A DNA stretch of 64,000 bases. Source: Candidatus Altiarchaeales archaeon. Lineage in GTDB: Archaea; Altiarchaeota; Altiarchaeia; IMC4; SCGC-AAA252-I15. Below, in pieces: positions 48,879 through 58,824 of this stretch. A model generated the notes under the pieces. That model was not told the origin of the DNA. It worked only from the letters and a program-made list of their open reading frames with translations, and ran no database searches. Position 1 is the stretch's first letter; each line of letters begins with the position of its first letter. Both the position numbers and the translations under genes were made by a program. The stretch lies in contig WJMO01000006.1 of the NCBI GenBank assembly GCA_014727915.1, forward strand, positions 384,001 through 448,000, in the 5' to 3' direction.

Positions 48879-51188
48879 TTGTACAAGAAGCTCACAGACG
48901 ACGTTTATGAAGTTGAGATACTGGAGGCGTCAAAGGAGGAGCTGGAGACCATAAGCAGGGAGCGGAACATCGGATTGTCCGACGACGAGATGGTGATGGT
49001 CCAAACCCACTTCAAAAAAGAGGGCCGGAACCCCACGGACATAGAGTTGGAGGCCATCGCCCAGAGCTGGAGCGAACACTGCTGCTACAAGAGCAGCAAA
49101 CCCATACTCAAGGAGACCGTGTTCAACATCGAGGCACCCCAGAACATCTGCGTCATAAGCGAGGACGCGGGCGTCGTAGACTTCGACGAAGACCACGCCT
49201 ACGTGGTAGCATTGGAATCACATAATCACCCGTCCGCCTTGGATCCCTACGGCGGCGCAGCCACGGGAGTCGGCGGCATATTGAGGGATGTCGTCTGCAT
49301 GGGCGCCCAGCCCATCGCGTTGATAGACCCATTGTTCTTCGGGCCGCTCGACTACGACGATAAGAAGCTGCCAGCGGGGACGAAACACCCCAAGTACCTC
49401 TTCCACGGCGTCGTGTCAGGCATCGCAGACTACGGGAACCGCGTGGGCATACCTACGGTCGCAGGCATGGTATGCTTCGACGAGAGCTACGTAAGCAATT
49501 GCCTGGTGAACGTCGGGTGCATCGGCATAGTGCCGAAGGACGAGATAATACACAGCTACGCCGGAGGCGCGGGCGACAAGCTCATACTGGCAGGTGGGAA
49601 GACAGGGAGGGACGGCATACACGGGGTAACATTCGCAAGCGCGGAACTGGACGAGAGCAGCGAATCAGAGTCACGCCCTGCAGTACAGCTGGGATATGCG
49701 ATCATGAAGGAGCCGCTGATGCACGCCTGCCTAGAAGCCAACCGGAAGAAACTGCTGACTGGTATGAAGGACTTCGGCGGCGGCGGACTGAGCTGCGTGT
49801 CGGCGGAGATGGCCCACGCAGCCGGATTGGGAGCCACCATAGACCTGGACAGGATAGCATTGAAGGAGCCGGGCGTGAAGCCATGGGAGATATGGGTGTC
49901 GGAAAGCCAGGAGAGGATGATGGTCTCGGTCAAACCGGAGGACGTGGACAAGGTATTGGAGATATTCGACTTCTGGGACGTCCCAGCCGCGGTGGTCGGG
50001 GAAGTAGACGAATCAACGAGGATCAAAGCCACCCACGGGGGGGTTAAGGTGTTGGACATGGACCTGGAATTCCTGATAAAAGGCGTTTGCTACACCCGCC
50101 CCTATAAGAAGGCTCCCGCCTGCATAGACGAAACAGATTTCAAGATGCCCGACCTGGAGAAGGCATGCCTGGACCTGCTGAACCTGGAGAACGTCGGCAG
50201 CAGGGAATCGGTTATCAGGAGGTACGACCATGAGGTCCGCGCCAACACCATATTGAAGCCCATGCAGGGCATCGTGAACAGGCAAACCCACGGGGACGCG
50301 GCGGTCATTAAGCCGTTGGACGAATCATACCGGGGACTGTCCATAACATCGGACGTGAACCCCTTCCTATGCAGGGCAGACCCCTACTGGGGCTCCGCGT
50401 CGGCGGTTGAGGAGGCGATAAGGAACCTTGTGGCAGTCAACAGCGCGCCCCATTCCATGGCCGACTGCCTCAACTTCGGGAACCCGGAGAAGGAAGACCG
50501 GCTTGGGGAGTTCGCGGCCGCGGCCGAAGGCCTCTACTTCGTAGCGAATGCCTTCGGGATACCGTTCGTGTCGGGGAACGTCAGCCTATACAACGAAGGA
50601 CCCACCGGACCCATCGCACCCACCCCAACCCTATTGGGCGTCGGGATAGTCGAGGACGTGCGGAAATGCGTCACCTCCGACTTGAAAGGGTCGGGCAACA
50701 ACATATACCTGGTTGGGGAGACCAGAAAGGAGATGAGGGGGTCACAGTATTACAGGATGATGGGTTTGGACGGCGGGTGCGTGCCAACAGTGGAGCCAGA
50801 GAAGACCAAAGAGAAGGTGAATGGGTTGTTGAAGGCCATGGAGAAGGAGCTGGTGAAGAGCTGCCACGATCCCTCGGAGGGCGGGTTGTTCATCGCGCTC
50901 GCAGAGATGTGCCTCGGAGGAGAAATGGGAGTAGAAGCCGACATCACACCCTTAGGAGAGCTGAGATCAGACTTCAAGCTGTTCAGCGAATCCAACGGGC
51001 GGTGGCTGGTGGAAGTCGCGGACGAGGACAGGAAGGAGTTCGAGAAGACCGTTGAGTGTGTGAAGATAGGAACCACAAAAGATGATAAAAAAATCAAAAT
51101 AATTGATAGAAAAGTTGAAATAGTTTTGAATTTGGATGATGTGAGGGGCGTTTGGTCGTCTGCAATTGAGCGGGAGGTGCCGGAATGA
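48879..51188 (+). CDS. purL: FGAM synthase subunit PurL
   Basis: [48 protein letters not shown]. Confidence 0.98.
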   Translation: MYKKLTDDVYEVEILEASKEELETISRERNIGLSDDEMVMVQTHFKKEGRNPTDIELEAIAQSWSEHCCYKSSKPILKETVFNIEAPQNICVISEDAGVVDFDEDHAYVVALESHNHPSALDPYGGAATGVGGILRDVVCMGAQPIALIDPLFFGPLDYDDKKLPAGTKHPKYLFHGVVSGIADYGNRVGIPTVAGMVCFDESYVSNCLVNVGCIGIVPKDEIIHSYAGGAGDKLILAGGKTGRDGIHGVTFASAELDESSESESRPAVQLGYAIMKEPLMHACLEANRKKLLTGMKDFGGGGLSCVSAEMAHAAGLGATIDLDRIALKEPGVKPWEIWVSESQERMMVSVKPEDVDKVLEIFDFWDVPAAVVGEVDESTRIKATHGGVKVLDMDLEFLIKGVCYTRPYKKAPACIDETDFKMPDLEKACLDLLNLENVGSRESVIRRYDHEVRANTILKPMQGIVNRQTHGDAAVIKPLDESYRGLSITSDVNPFLCRADPYWGSASAVEEAIRNLVAVNSAPHSMADCLNFGNPEKEDRLGEFAAAAEGLYFVANAFGIPFVSGNVSLYNEGPTGPIAPTPTLLGVGIVEDVRKCVTSDLKGSGNNIYLVGETRKEMRGSQYYRMMGLDGGCVPTVEPEKTKEKVNGLLKAMEKELVKSCHDPSEGGLFIALAEMCLGGEMGVEADITPLGELRSDFKLFSESNGRWLVEVADEDRKEFEKTVECVKIGTTKDDKKIKIIDRKVEIVLNLDDVRGVWSSAIEREVPE

Positions 51189-51985
51189 AAGCGGCCATCC
51201 TGGTGATAGAGGGGACCAACTGCGAGGACGAAGGCAGCAAAGCATTCGAGAAGGTCGGCTTCGAAACCGAGAAGGTCCACCTGAAGCAGCTGACAAAAGA
51301 CTGCAGTAGAGAGAGGCATAGGACTCTTTCCGACTATGACGTCCTGTTCATCCCCGGAGGCTGGAGCGCCGGCGACTACATACGGGCGGGAGCCATATTC
51401 GGAGCGAGGATGAAGAGCACGCTCGGAGACGAACTACAGGAGTTCATCGACGATGAAAAAATCATAGTCGGCGTCTGCAATGGGTTCCAGGTCCTGGTAG
51501 AGTCGGGGATCCTGCCGGGCGTCAACGGCATCAGCGAAAAGGCGGAGGGAGTTCTAACCATAAACGCGAACGGCAGGTTCCAGTGCAGGCCGACATACCT
51601 AAAACATGAGAACGCGTGCAGGATAACAGAAGGCATCGGCGTGGGCGAAATAATGCAGGTGCCCGTCGCACATGCAGAGGGCAGGCTCACATTCGGTGAT
51701 AGGGACGATGAGATGCTCGGAATGCTAGAGAAGAACGGACAGATAGTTTTCACCTACTGCCGCCCGGACGGAAGGCCGGCTGAGGGGATAGTCCCCTGGA
51801 ACCCCAACGGGTCGCTGGCGGACATCGCAGGCATATGCAACCCAAAGGGGAACGTGCTTGGCATGATGCCCCACCCAGAGAGGGTGATGGAATCCATACA
51901 GCAGGCCGAGTGGACAAGAAGATGCTACGTTGGCGGGGACGGGCTCAAACTATTCAAGAGCATAGCAGACAATCTGAAACCCTAG
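51185..51985 (+). CDS. purQ: FGAM synthase subunit PurQ
   Basis: GTNC, GVCNGFQ, AHAEG, NPNGS, MMPHPER. Confidence 0.97.
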   Translation: MKAAILVIEGTNCEDEGSKAFEKVGFETEKVHLKQLTKDCSRERHRTLSDYDVLFIPGGWSAGDYIRAGAIFGARMKSTLGDELQEFIDDEKIIVGVCNGFQVLVESGILPGVNGISEKAEGVLTINANGRFQCRPTYLKHENACRITEGIGVGEIMQVPVAHAEGRLTFGDRDDEMLGMLEKNGQIVFTYCRPDGRPAEGIVPWNPNGSLADIAGICNPKGNVLGMMPHPERVMESIQQAEWTRRCYVGGDGLKLFKSIADNLKP

Positions 51986-53178
51986 TTCGCAAGCAGGATC
52001 ATAGTCTTGTTAAGCCACTTGCCCATGCCTTCAGACTCATAGGAGACCATTACGTCGAACTCGTAGGCAACACCGGGGAAGACCTCGTCCGCCAGGTCGA
52101 AATCGAACTCTTCGAGGGAGTAGGGTTCCATTCTCGAGTCAGCGACCTGAGTGTGAGACCTGCCATCTATGAAAACCTTAACGTCCTTGACCAAAACATC
52201 CTTGTCCGCGTTTGAGACTGCCAGGGTAAGGCTGCCATCCTGCATCTTGGAGGACATCCAGGAGACCAGAAGATCAGATTCCGAATATGAGAAGTCGAGG
52301 TAGTATGAGTCCTCGGAGGTTGCAAGCGAGAGCGTATGGTCACCCTCAGGTATGTGGCCGTCGACTATTATGAAGGGGTATATCACGTATTTTCCCTTTA
52401 CAGAGCCGTCCACTGCTATCCTGCTGCCCCAAAGCTTATTCTCGGGTATGTTATACAGCAAGAGAAACGTCTTGTTGTACTGGGGGTAATATGCAAGGTA
52501 CAGTATCCCCTCCCAAGGGCTCTCACCGTCCAAGACACTCTCTACAAAAGATGTGCGGGCCAGGAAGACAGAGTAGGTCTTCGCTATATCGGCAACGAGC
52601 ATGTGATGCTCCAAGTTGTTGTATTCGCTGCACTTGTCCTCGAAGAGGTACAGGGAGTTGCCCCCTGCCATGTCAGTCAAGGTTATCCAGTTCAGCGAGC
52701 TCAGCAGCAGGCTCTTACCCCGCATGCCAGCCCACCGGGTCTTGAAGAGGTGAGTGGTCTCGGGGAATGGTGATTTCTCGACCGGGAAGAACTGCGAGGC
52801 CACTGCGGCAGGCCTGTACCTGTGCCATATCCTGAGGTACTCGCTCCTGGAGAGGTTCCTGCCATCACATGCGGAGAATACGCCCGTATCCCATAGGTTT
52901 ATGCCCATCTTGACCGAGTCGGTGTTCCACCAACCCACGAGAGTCAGCTTGTAAAGCCCGGCGTAGGGGTCGGCAGCCCTGGGCCTGTTGGCATAGTAGG
53001 CTTTGTAGGTTCCCGATATCAGGTAATCGTATATGGGGTCCCTGAACTTCATGGTCCCCTTGGAGACCATCTGGTCTAGGTTGCCCTCGCCTAGGAGGGG
53101 GCTCGACTCCACATAGTAGAGTTCGCCCAATGTCAGCAGTAAGCTGAAGGCGAACACTGATAAGAGTATCTTTTTCAT
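51982..53178 (-). CDS. Hypothetical exported protein with C-terminal Ig-like segment
   Basis: MKKILL signal/anchor; Tyr/Trp rich; beta-rich C-terminus. Confidence 0.65.
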   Translation of the reverse strand: MKKILLSVFAFSLLLTLGELYYVESSPLLGEGNLDQMVSKGTMKFRDPIYDYLISGTYKAYYANRPRAADPYAGLYKLTLVGWWNTDSVKMGINLWDTGVFSACDGRNLSRSEYLRIWHRYRPAAVASQFFPVEKSPFPETTHLFKTRWAGMRGKSLLLSSLNWITLTDMAGGNSLYLFEDKCSEYNNLEHHMLVADIAKTYSVFLARTSFVESVLDGESPWEGILYLAYYPQYNKTFLLLYNIPENKLWGSRIAVDGSVKGKYVIYPFIIVDGHIPEGDHTLSLATSEDSYYLDFSYSESDLLVSWMSSKMQDGSLTLAVSNADKDVLVKDVKVFIDGRSHTQVADSRMEPYSLEEFDFDLADEVFPGVAYEFDVMVSYESEGMGKWLNKTMILLAN

Positions 53179-53179
53179 A

Positions 53180-53893
53180 TTATATGCCGAACGAGTTGAA
53201 CATGACCTCCACTGCATTGTTTACCGCGAACAGGTGGAAGTATATCCACCAGACCGGCCATATGATATTCAACGCGACCATAACTGATAGGGGAGCGACT
53301 GACATCCTAGCCCGCCTACCATCCAATGCCCCTATGAACTTGAGCCTCTCACCCACCGTGACATAGTATATCACCCACCCGAATGCGCTAGTTACCACCG
53401 TGTTCAAAAGCGATATGTTCCCTATGTAGTGGTAGGAGACCACGTTTAACAAGACCGGGAATGCGAAAACAACAACGGGTATTATGAGCAGCGAGACCAT
53501 CACCTGAAGTACCTTTATGAAATTGATGCTAGAACCCAGCAGCCGCATGATAAGATAGAGTATGGATGATATGGCGAGCGTCTCGGAAAGCTTCCCTGCG
53601 AAGGTGAACAATCCCATGTCAATGCTCGAGTTGAGTATGTCAGCTTCGAAACCCCAGAGCACCACGCCAATGTCTTCGAGGGAGTACCCCTGGCCCTGCA
53701 TCGAGAGCACCGCCACATCCACGAGGTAGTTGAACTTGCTGTACCCTAGGACGTAAGAGTTGACTCCGTGAAGAATTCCGAGAGAAAGAGAGAAGAAGAA
53801 TGCGAGTGTTAGCAGGTTGAACATGCTGGGCCGCTCCTCCTCCAAGAGTATGTAGAAGCTCTCAAGGTCTTTCAGCATAAGACCATAGTCCAT
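53180..53893 (-). CDS. Yip1-like multi-pass membrane protein
   Basis: About 5 TMs; LIMRLLGS..NF.K.L pattern. Confidence 0.6.
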   Translation of the reverse strand: MDYGLMLKDLESFYILLEEERPSMFNLLTLAFFFSLSLGILHGVNSYVLGYSKFNYLVDVAVLSMQGQGYSLEDIGVVLWGFEADILNSSIDMGLFTFAGKLSETLAISSILYLIMRLLGSSINFIKVLQVMVSLLIIPVVVFAFPVLLNVVSYHYIGNISLLNTVVTSAFGWVIYYVTVGERLKFIGALDGRRARMSVAPLSVMVALNIIWPVWWIYFHLFAVNNAVEVMFNSFGI

Positions 53894-53921
53894 GTTCAAA
53901 TATCGTCAGCAATAAATATAA

Positions 53922-54395
53922 TTACCAGCTGACTGGTATCTCCTCTGGTAGGAAGCTCGAGTACGTCCGGTTTTCATCCATTCTTATGTCAAAGCCGCAT
54001 TGGAGGTCGTAGCACCTGAATACCGCATCCTCAAAGACCAAACCCTTCTTCATCACAATAGGCAGCGGAACGCCTTCGGAAGATAGAACATCCCCCCCAA
54101 CAGTCTTCAGAGAACATTGTCCGCCGCATTCCACCAGAAGGATGTCTACTGGATAGCATTCGAGAGGGCATTTCTGACATCTTTTCACGCATATGTCCGA
54201 AGAAACATGCTTGGAGGCGCCTGACAGGGATATGCGAGTCTCAGAACCTGAAATGGCATGTACCGCGTATCTTTCAGGTGCTGTAAGCCCGTAAACGTAG
54301 AACCCACCATCATATAACGCGTAAAACCCTAGCAGGACGTGGGGAGCCAATACCACGGCTATGAGAGTGAATCCCTTTCTCAGACGGTCATCCAT
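53922..54395 (-). CDS. Hypothetical Cys-rich membrane-anchored protein
   Basis: N-terminal TM, nine Cys; start abuts the PCNA stop. Confidence 0.6.
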   Translation of the reverse strand: MDDRLRKGFTLIAVVLAPHVLLGFYALYDGGFYVYGLTAPERYAVHAISGSETRISLSGASKHVSSDICVKRCQKCPLECYPVDILLVECGGQCSLKTVGGDVLSSEGVPLPIVMKKGLVFEDAVFRCYDLQCGFDIRMDENRTYSSFLPEEIPVSW

Positions 54396-55135
54396 CATAC
54401 GGACTCTATCCTAGGGGCAAGGTAGTATATGACACGCCCGTCTCCTATGCTGTACTCCACCTTGAGGGGTGCGTCGGTCTTCAGGCTGATCATCACGACA
54501 CTCGGTATCTCAGCAGACTTGAGGATGTTGTTCAGGTAGTCGAGGGAATATACTGAGCGGGCCGGGGACTTCACGCTTATGCTCAGCAGCTTGTCCTCCG
54601 GGAACTCGATATCGGCGGAGCCCGTGTCTCCGTCGCTCTTGATGTTGAATCCCTTTTCCAGCTTCAGGGCAACGTGGTTGCTGATGAGCTCCGCATCCTT
54701 CAGCGCGTCCTTGATCATGTTCGGGGCTATCTTAACGTCAGCTGTGAACTCTATCTTCGGCTCCTTCGGGGGGTTGCCTGTGGAGTCGATTATTGCGGTG
54801 GTGAACTGCCTCCTCGTCTCGCCCTTAAAGACCATCTTGAGCCTGTTCTCGGCGAGCTTAAGCTCTATCTTGTCCTCGGGCTTGGAGCGTTTGGTGATCT
54901 TGCTGAGCTCAGAGAAGTCAACACCCAAGGATATGGGATTTTCGCACTTGAACTTCTCGAACGCCTTCGACGGGATCTCGAAGTCGACCAGGGCTATCTG
55001 GCTTGGGTCCATCGCCCTCAGCTTTATCCCTGAGGAGTCCACCTGGAAGGTTCCCTCGTCGATAAGCGCAGCGATGGCCTCAATGCTGTTACGCCAGGAT
55101 TTGGTATCGTTTATTACCGCTTCAAACAACTGCAT
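54395..55135 (-). CDS. pcn: DNA polymerase sliding clamp PCNA
   Basis: LRAMDPSQIALVD, YSLDYL, PLKVEY, YYLAPRIE. Confidence 0.97.
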   Translation of the reverse strand: MQLFEAVINDTKSWRNSIEAIAALIDEGTFQVDSSGIKLRAMDPSQIALVDFEIPSKAFEKFKCENPISLGVDFSELSKITKRSKPEDKIELKLAENRLKMVFKGETRRQFTTAIIDSTGNPPKEPKIEFTADVKIAPNMIKDALKDAELISNHVALKLEKGFNIKSDGDTGSADIEFPEDKLLSISVKSPARSVYSLDYLNNILKSAEIPSVVMISLKTDAPLKVEYSIGDGRVIYYLAPRIESV

Positions 55136-55177
55136 CACCCCTGAAATTGTTAGGTATATGGAAGTGGGGGTTAAAAA

Positions 55178-56716
55178 TCAACCGCCTCTAAAGCGGGCTA
55201 CGATGTGCTCTCTGCCCAGGCTGAGCATGAAAGCCGCAGCCTTGGGGCCCCGGTCATTTCCGATGAGCACCCTGTATATTGCCTTGAACAGTTTAGGCGG
55301 CTTAACACCGTTGGACCTGGCGACCTCGTATATTTTCTTGTGGAATTCCTCCGAGCTCCAATCACCATCCAGAAGACCCACAATCTCCTCCAGGCACTTT
55401 CGCTCGGAGTCAGATAGGCTGTCCCTCTCCCTACCAGCCTCTCCCTCCGAGTTCAACGTGAAGCGCAGATGATCGGGGCCGTATTTTTGAACCCAGTTGC
55501 CAGCCAACCTAACACGCCTATTAAGCCTTTCAACGTCGAATCCAGCGTATCCCATAGACTCCGCCTTGGAGGAGTACTCGCCTTCGAACGCCACTTGAGC
55601 TAGAACCGCGCATAGGGTGAAGGGAACATTAAGATACTTGGGTTCGCCCACTTGAGCGAGGTCGTACATCCTCGCCAGACCCATATCACCTTCCTGTCTC
55701 TTGTGGTATATCCGCTCGGCCTCGTCGTACTCGTCTGTGAGGTTGGATAGCAGGGATAGGTTAATGTCCCGCTGCTTCATGAGCCGCTTGTACATGAAGT
55801 ACTTAAGCACCTCCGGCTCGGCTATCACCAGCCAGTCAGCCAAGGTTATGACGTTACCCTTCGAGCTGGATATCTTCTCGCCGTTCAAGGTGAAGAACTC
55901 ATATACCAGGGGGACGGGGGGCGTCCAGTCGAACACCTCCTCCGATATTATCTTGCTGGTCTCATACGAGCCCCCTGCGGCAGCATGGTCTTTGCCGAAG
56001 GGTTCGCAGGTTACCTTGAACCGCCTCCACCGGGCAGCCCACTCAACCCTCCACGGCAGCTTACCCATGCCCTTGGAGGCGTCGCTGACGCCCTTGTGGC
56101 CGCATCCCTCGACTTCGCCGCCGGACACACCGGTTGAAACGCACTCGTAATCCGCCTTTAACCCATCGACTCCAAAGACTTTTGTGGTGCTTATCTTCCC
56201 GCATTTCTCGCATATGGGAGTCCAGGGCAGATAATCCTCTGGCAGGGGATCACGCCGGAATCTGTTCAATATATCCCTGATTTCAACCCTCTTCTCAAAC
56301 GCTGTTCTGATCTCCTCCACCAACTCCCCGTTCCTATAGAGGTCGGTGCCAGAGTGGACTTTAGGTTTTACGCCGAACTCTGACAAGTCCTGTATAAAGG
56401 GTTGGGCGAAGTGGTCGACGAAGTTACTGTGGCATCCGTCCAGGTCGGGGAGGTCCTTGACGGGGAACCCAAGATAATCATCTAATCCTTCCATTCCAGC
56501 GGGCACCTTCCGGAAGGGGTCGCTGTCGTCGCTTATCCAGATCAACTCCGCCTTGAGACCCGACTCCAACGCAGCCTTCCGTATGCAGTCCCCGCGGATG
56601 ACATCGCTTGCATTACCGATCTGAGGACGCCCAGATATGGAAGTGCCGGTGGCTATGACATGCTCCCCGCCCCGCTCTTCCAGCAGGCTGACAACATCGT
56701 CGCTCCAGTGCAACAT
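55178..56716 (-). CDS. lysS: Lysyl-tRNA synthetase, class I
   Basis: HWSD, SG..QIGN, D.FRKVP, KLPWRVEW, GKDH...GGS, KISSSKGN, GPK. Confidence 0.96.
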   Translation of the reverse strand: MLHWSDDVVSLLEERGGEHVIATGTSISGRPQIGNASDVIRGDCIRKAALESGLKAELIWISDDSDPFRKVPAGMEGLDDYLGFPVKDLPDLDGCHSNFVDHFAQPFIQDLSEFGVKPKVHSGTDLYRNGELVEEIRTAFEKRVEIRDILNRFRRDPLPEDYLPWTPICEKCGKISTTKVFGVDGLKADYECVSTGVSGGEVEGCGHKGVSDASKGMGKLPWRVEWAARWRRFKVTCEPFGKDHAAAGGSYETSKIISEEVFDWTPPVPLVYEFFTLNGEKISSSKGNVITLADWLVIAEPEVLKYFMYKRLMKQRDINLSLLSNLTDEYDEAERIYHKRQEGDMGLARMYDLAQVGEPKYLNVPFTLCAVLAQVAFEGEYSSKAESMGYAGFDVERLNRRVRLAGNWVQKYGPDHLRFTLNSEGEAGRERDSLSDSERKCLEEIVGLLDGDWSSEEFHKKIYEVARSNGVKPPKLFKAIYRVLIGNDRGPKAAAFMLSLGREHIVARFRGG

Positions 56717-56769
56717 CAGTATAGATAATAAAATGAAGCTATTAAAGGAATGCGTCGCTAATCATAAAC

Positions 56770-56829
56770 GGCGGTGTGATGACGCGAACAACCTCTGACA
56801 TATGATGAGTGATGGGCGACCTGACCGCC
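56770..56829 (+). ncRNA. Box C/D guide sRNA, predicted 23S A-loop methylation guide
   Basis: C GTGATGA 56776-82, 12-nt guide, D' CTGA 56795-98, C' ATGATGA 56802-08, 12-nt guide, D CTGA 56821-24; terminal stem GGCGG/CCGCC; TATTAAA about 25 nt upstream. Confidence 0.9.
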
Positions 56830-56932
56830 AAAAAAAGGTCACAAGCACTTCACAGGTGCGTCCCGTGAACGCGGGATGCGCCGTTTGTCGTCGGCAAACT
56901 CCGACGATGAGTGATGGGCGACCTGACCGCCA
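56804..56932 (+). mobile_element. 75-bp hairpin micro-insertion (56831-56905) between perfect 27-bp direct repeats (56804-56830, 56906-56932)
   Basis: GATGAGTGATGGGCGACCTGACCGCCA twice; insert has ACTTCACAGG and two stem-loops; mobility is inferred. Confidence 0.6.
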
Positions 56933-56954
56933 TTTGAAGTTATGTTATGATAAG

Positions 56955-57833
56955 ATGAAGGACGAGATCAAGAGGAGCATCGATCATATGCTGGAGACGT
57001 CGCCGATCCGGAGGACCTTCTGGCACCAGGACGAGAAGGTGGAGGGCCTCAGGTATGGGATACAGCAGGGCGACGACGGAGCCGTGGTCGGAGACCTCGT
57101 GTACAACATGGAAGGCCCCTACCCCTTGAAAACCGGGCGGAAAACCGGTTTACTCCACAGTATAACCGATATCATCGGCATGGGCGCAAGGCCACTTTAC
57201 GCGTTCAATGCCATGCAGGTGGACAGCATAAAAGAGGCGGTTGAGGTTTCTGAGGACCTGAAGAAGCAGGCCAACGGAATCGGCGTTCCCATCATCGGCG
57301 GGAACACCCAGATGGAGAACGACCTGAAGCCGTGCATAAGCTTCGTCGTAGTTGGCAAGCTCATCCGGGAGCCATTGGCCGACTGCGGCTGCAGGATAGG
57401 GGACAAGATAGTCATGGTAGGCCATGTTATGGACGGCACCCTTGGGGAGAGGGTGTACCGGGCGAAGGTCAAGTACAAGACAATGCTCGAACTCTACGAT
57501 GAAGCGGTGGATATCCATGCGGTCAAGGACGCGAGCCGGGGAGGGTGGTTCGGGAACCTGGCTGAGATGCTGGTGAAGAGCAAGCGGGGATTCAAGATAA
57601 CGGCAGTGCCATACGCGAGCCCGACTAGGTACATGGGCACTTACATGATAAGCGTCCCCAAAAAGGAAGTGGACAAGGTGGTGTCAGTGGCAGCCAGGAA
57701 CAAGTGCCCATGCGTGGAAGTCGGGCAGGTGATGAAAGGACTTTACATAAAGCTCGGAGACGAGATGCTGGTAACTGAGGCTAGGATGAAGAAGCTGATA
57801 AGGGGAATGCCCTACCGGAAGCCGAAAAAATAG
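56955..57833 (+). CDS. AIR synthase/PurM-like (SelD/ThiL-related) protein
   Basis: GDDGAVV, DIIGMGARP, IIGGNTQ, KDASRGGW.G.L.EM; start ATG 56955. Confidence 0.85.
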   Translation: MKDEIKRSIDHMLETSPIRRTFWHQDEKVEGLRYGIQQGDDGAVVGDLVYNMEGPYPLKTGRKTGLLHSITDIIGMGARPLYAFNAMQVDSIKEAVEVSEDLKKQANGIGVPIIGGNTQMENDLKPCISFVVVGKLIREPLADCGCRIGDKIVMVGHVMDGTLGERVYRAKVKYKTMLELYDEAVDIHAVKDASRGGWFGNLAEMLVKSKRGFKITAVPYASPTRYMGTYMISVPKKEVDKVVSVAARNKCPCVEVGQVMKGLYIKLGDEMLVTEARMKKLIRGMPYRKPKK

Positions 57834-57837
57834 TTTT

Positions 57838-58755
57838 TTATTCTATGAAGTTGTTGCGCGTGTACTTGTTCTGGCACTTGCCCTCCCCATCACGTGAGAT
57901 GAAGCACTGTTGCATGGGACCGCAGGGCTCCACCAGCTCCTCCACAACGTTGGTTTCACAGCTTGAAGCCCTTGTTTCCGGGTTTTTGCAGAAATGGGAG
58001 ATAGTAACCCTGAAAAGGTCATTTTCCCTGCACTCATACTCTGTCCTTATGGACCCGCAGTCGCCGTCGTCGTTGCAGCGGATGTAATCCGCCAATGTGG
58101 TGGTAGTCGACTCGTCCGCCTCGTCCTGGTCGCAGATGGTGTTGTTGTTCAAGTCAAGGCAGCACCCCAGGCCGAATCTCATGTAAGGCGGCGCACAAAC
58201 AATCTGTGGGAGAGTCGTCGTAGAGTCGGTCGTTGACGTTGTCGAGGTTGAAGTTGTTGAAGTTGTTGACACTGTAGTTGATGTCTCGATCATCTGACTC
58301 TCTTCTATTGTCGAGTTGGATTCAACCACGACCGCCTCCGGTTGGCTGTGGGTCAAAGCTAGGACGATGGATATGAGGAACATCCCGCCAAACACTGTAA
58401 CCAGCAAAAGGAATATGAAGATCAGAGAGTACTTCAACGGCTCTGGCATCCGGGAGAGTCTGCGATATGGGTCGGAGTGTTTGATCTCATCAACGCTTGA
58501 CCTGGCCCAAGTTGAAGCTTCATCTGCGAAGGACTTGGCCTGCACCTTCTTCTCTTCAACCTCCAACGCAAGCAGTTGCTTCTTCAACTGCTTCTTTTTC
58601 AACCTAATCTCGGAGGATTTACTCTCCAGAGGGGTTTCACCATCGGAGACAGGGTTTTCAGGAGCCTTCTTGGACTTGCCTGCCGTCTTTTTCTTTGCCT
58701 TCTTTTTAGCCTTCTTACGGCTCTTCTTGGCTTTTTTCGCTTTTTTAGCAGCCAT
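57838..58755 (-). CDS. Membrane protein with Lys/Ala-rich N-tail, TM, Ser/Thr linker and Cys-rich ectodomain
   Basis: AAKKAKKAKK..., TM, TTSTTST, CAPPY...G..CCLD.N.N.ICD. Confidence 0.75.
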   Translation of the reverse strand: MAAKKAKKAKKSRKKAKKKAKKKTAGKSKKAPENPVSDGETPLESKSSEIRLKKKQLKKQLLALEVEEKKVQAKSFADEASTWARSSVDEIKHSDPYRRLSRMPEPLKYSLIFIFLLLVTVFGGMFLISIVLALTHSQPEAVVVESNSTIEESQMIETSTTVSTTSTTSTSTTSTTDSTTTLPQIVCAPPYMRFGLGCCLDLNNNTICDQDEADESTTTTLADYIRCNDDGDCGSIRTEYECRENDLFRVTISHFCKNPETRASSCETNVVEELVEPCGPMQQCFISRDGEGKCQNKYTRNNFIE

Positions 58756-58824
58756 CGTACCCCACAGAGAAGAAAAATAAGTTATAAGATATAGTAAATA
58801 AGTCATAAAAAATAAGTCATGGGG

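Noticed and set aside
51080-51140. AT-rich patch at the purL 3' end
   Set aside because: The frame is intact with no repeat boundaries; at most an internal promoter or local replacement
56804-56932. Mini CRISPR array (27-bp repeats)
   Set aside because: Only two copies, a 75-bp structured spacer, the repeat is the sRNA's own C'/D half, and there are no cas genes in the window
56802-56954. N-terminal extension with repeated MSDGRPDR on the AIR-synthase-like ORF
   Set aside because: It is the translated C/D sRNA duplication (102-bp period, in frame by chance); the likely start is ATG 56955
56955-57833. Selenophosphate synthetase (selD) or a selenoprotein system
   Set aside because: Lacks the N-terminal Cys/Sec-x-x-Lys motif; no in-frame TGA read-through candidate was seen
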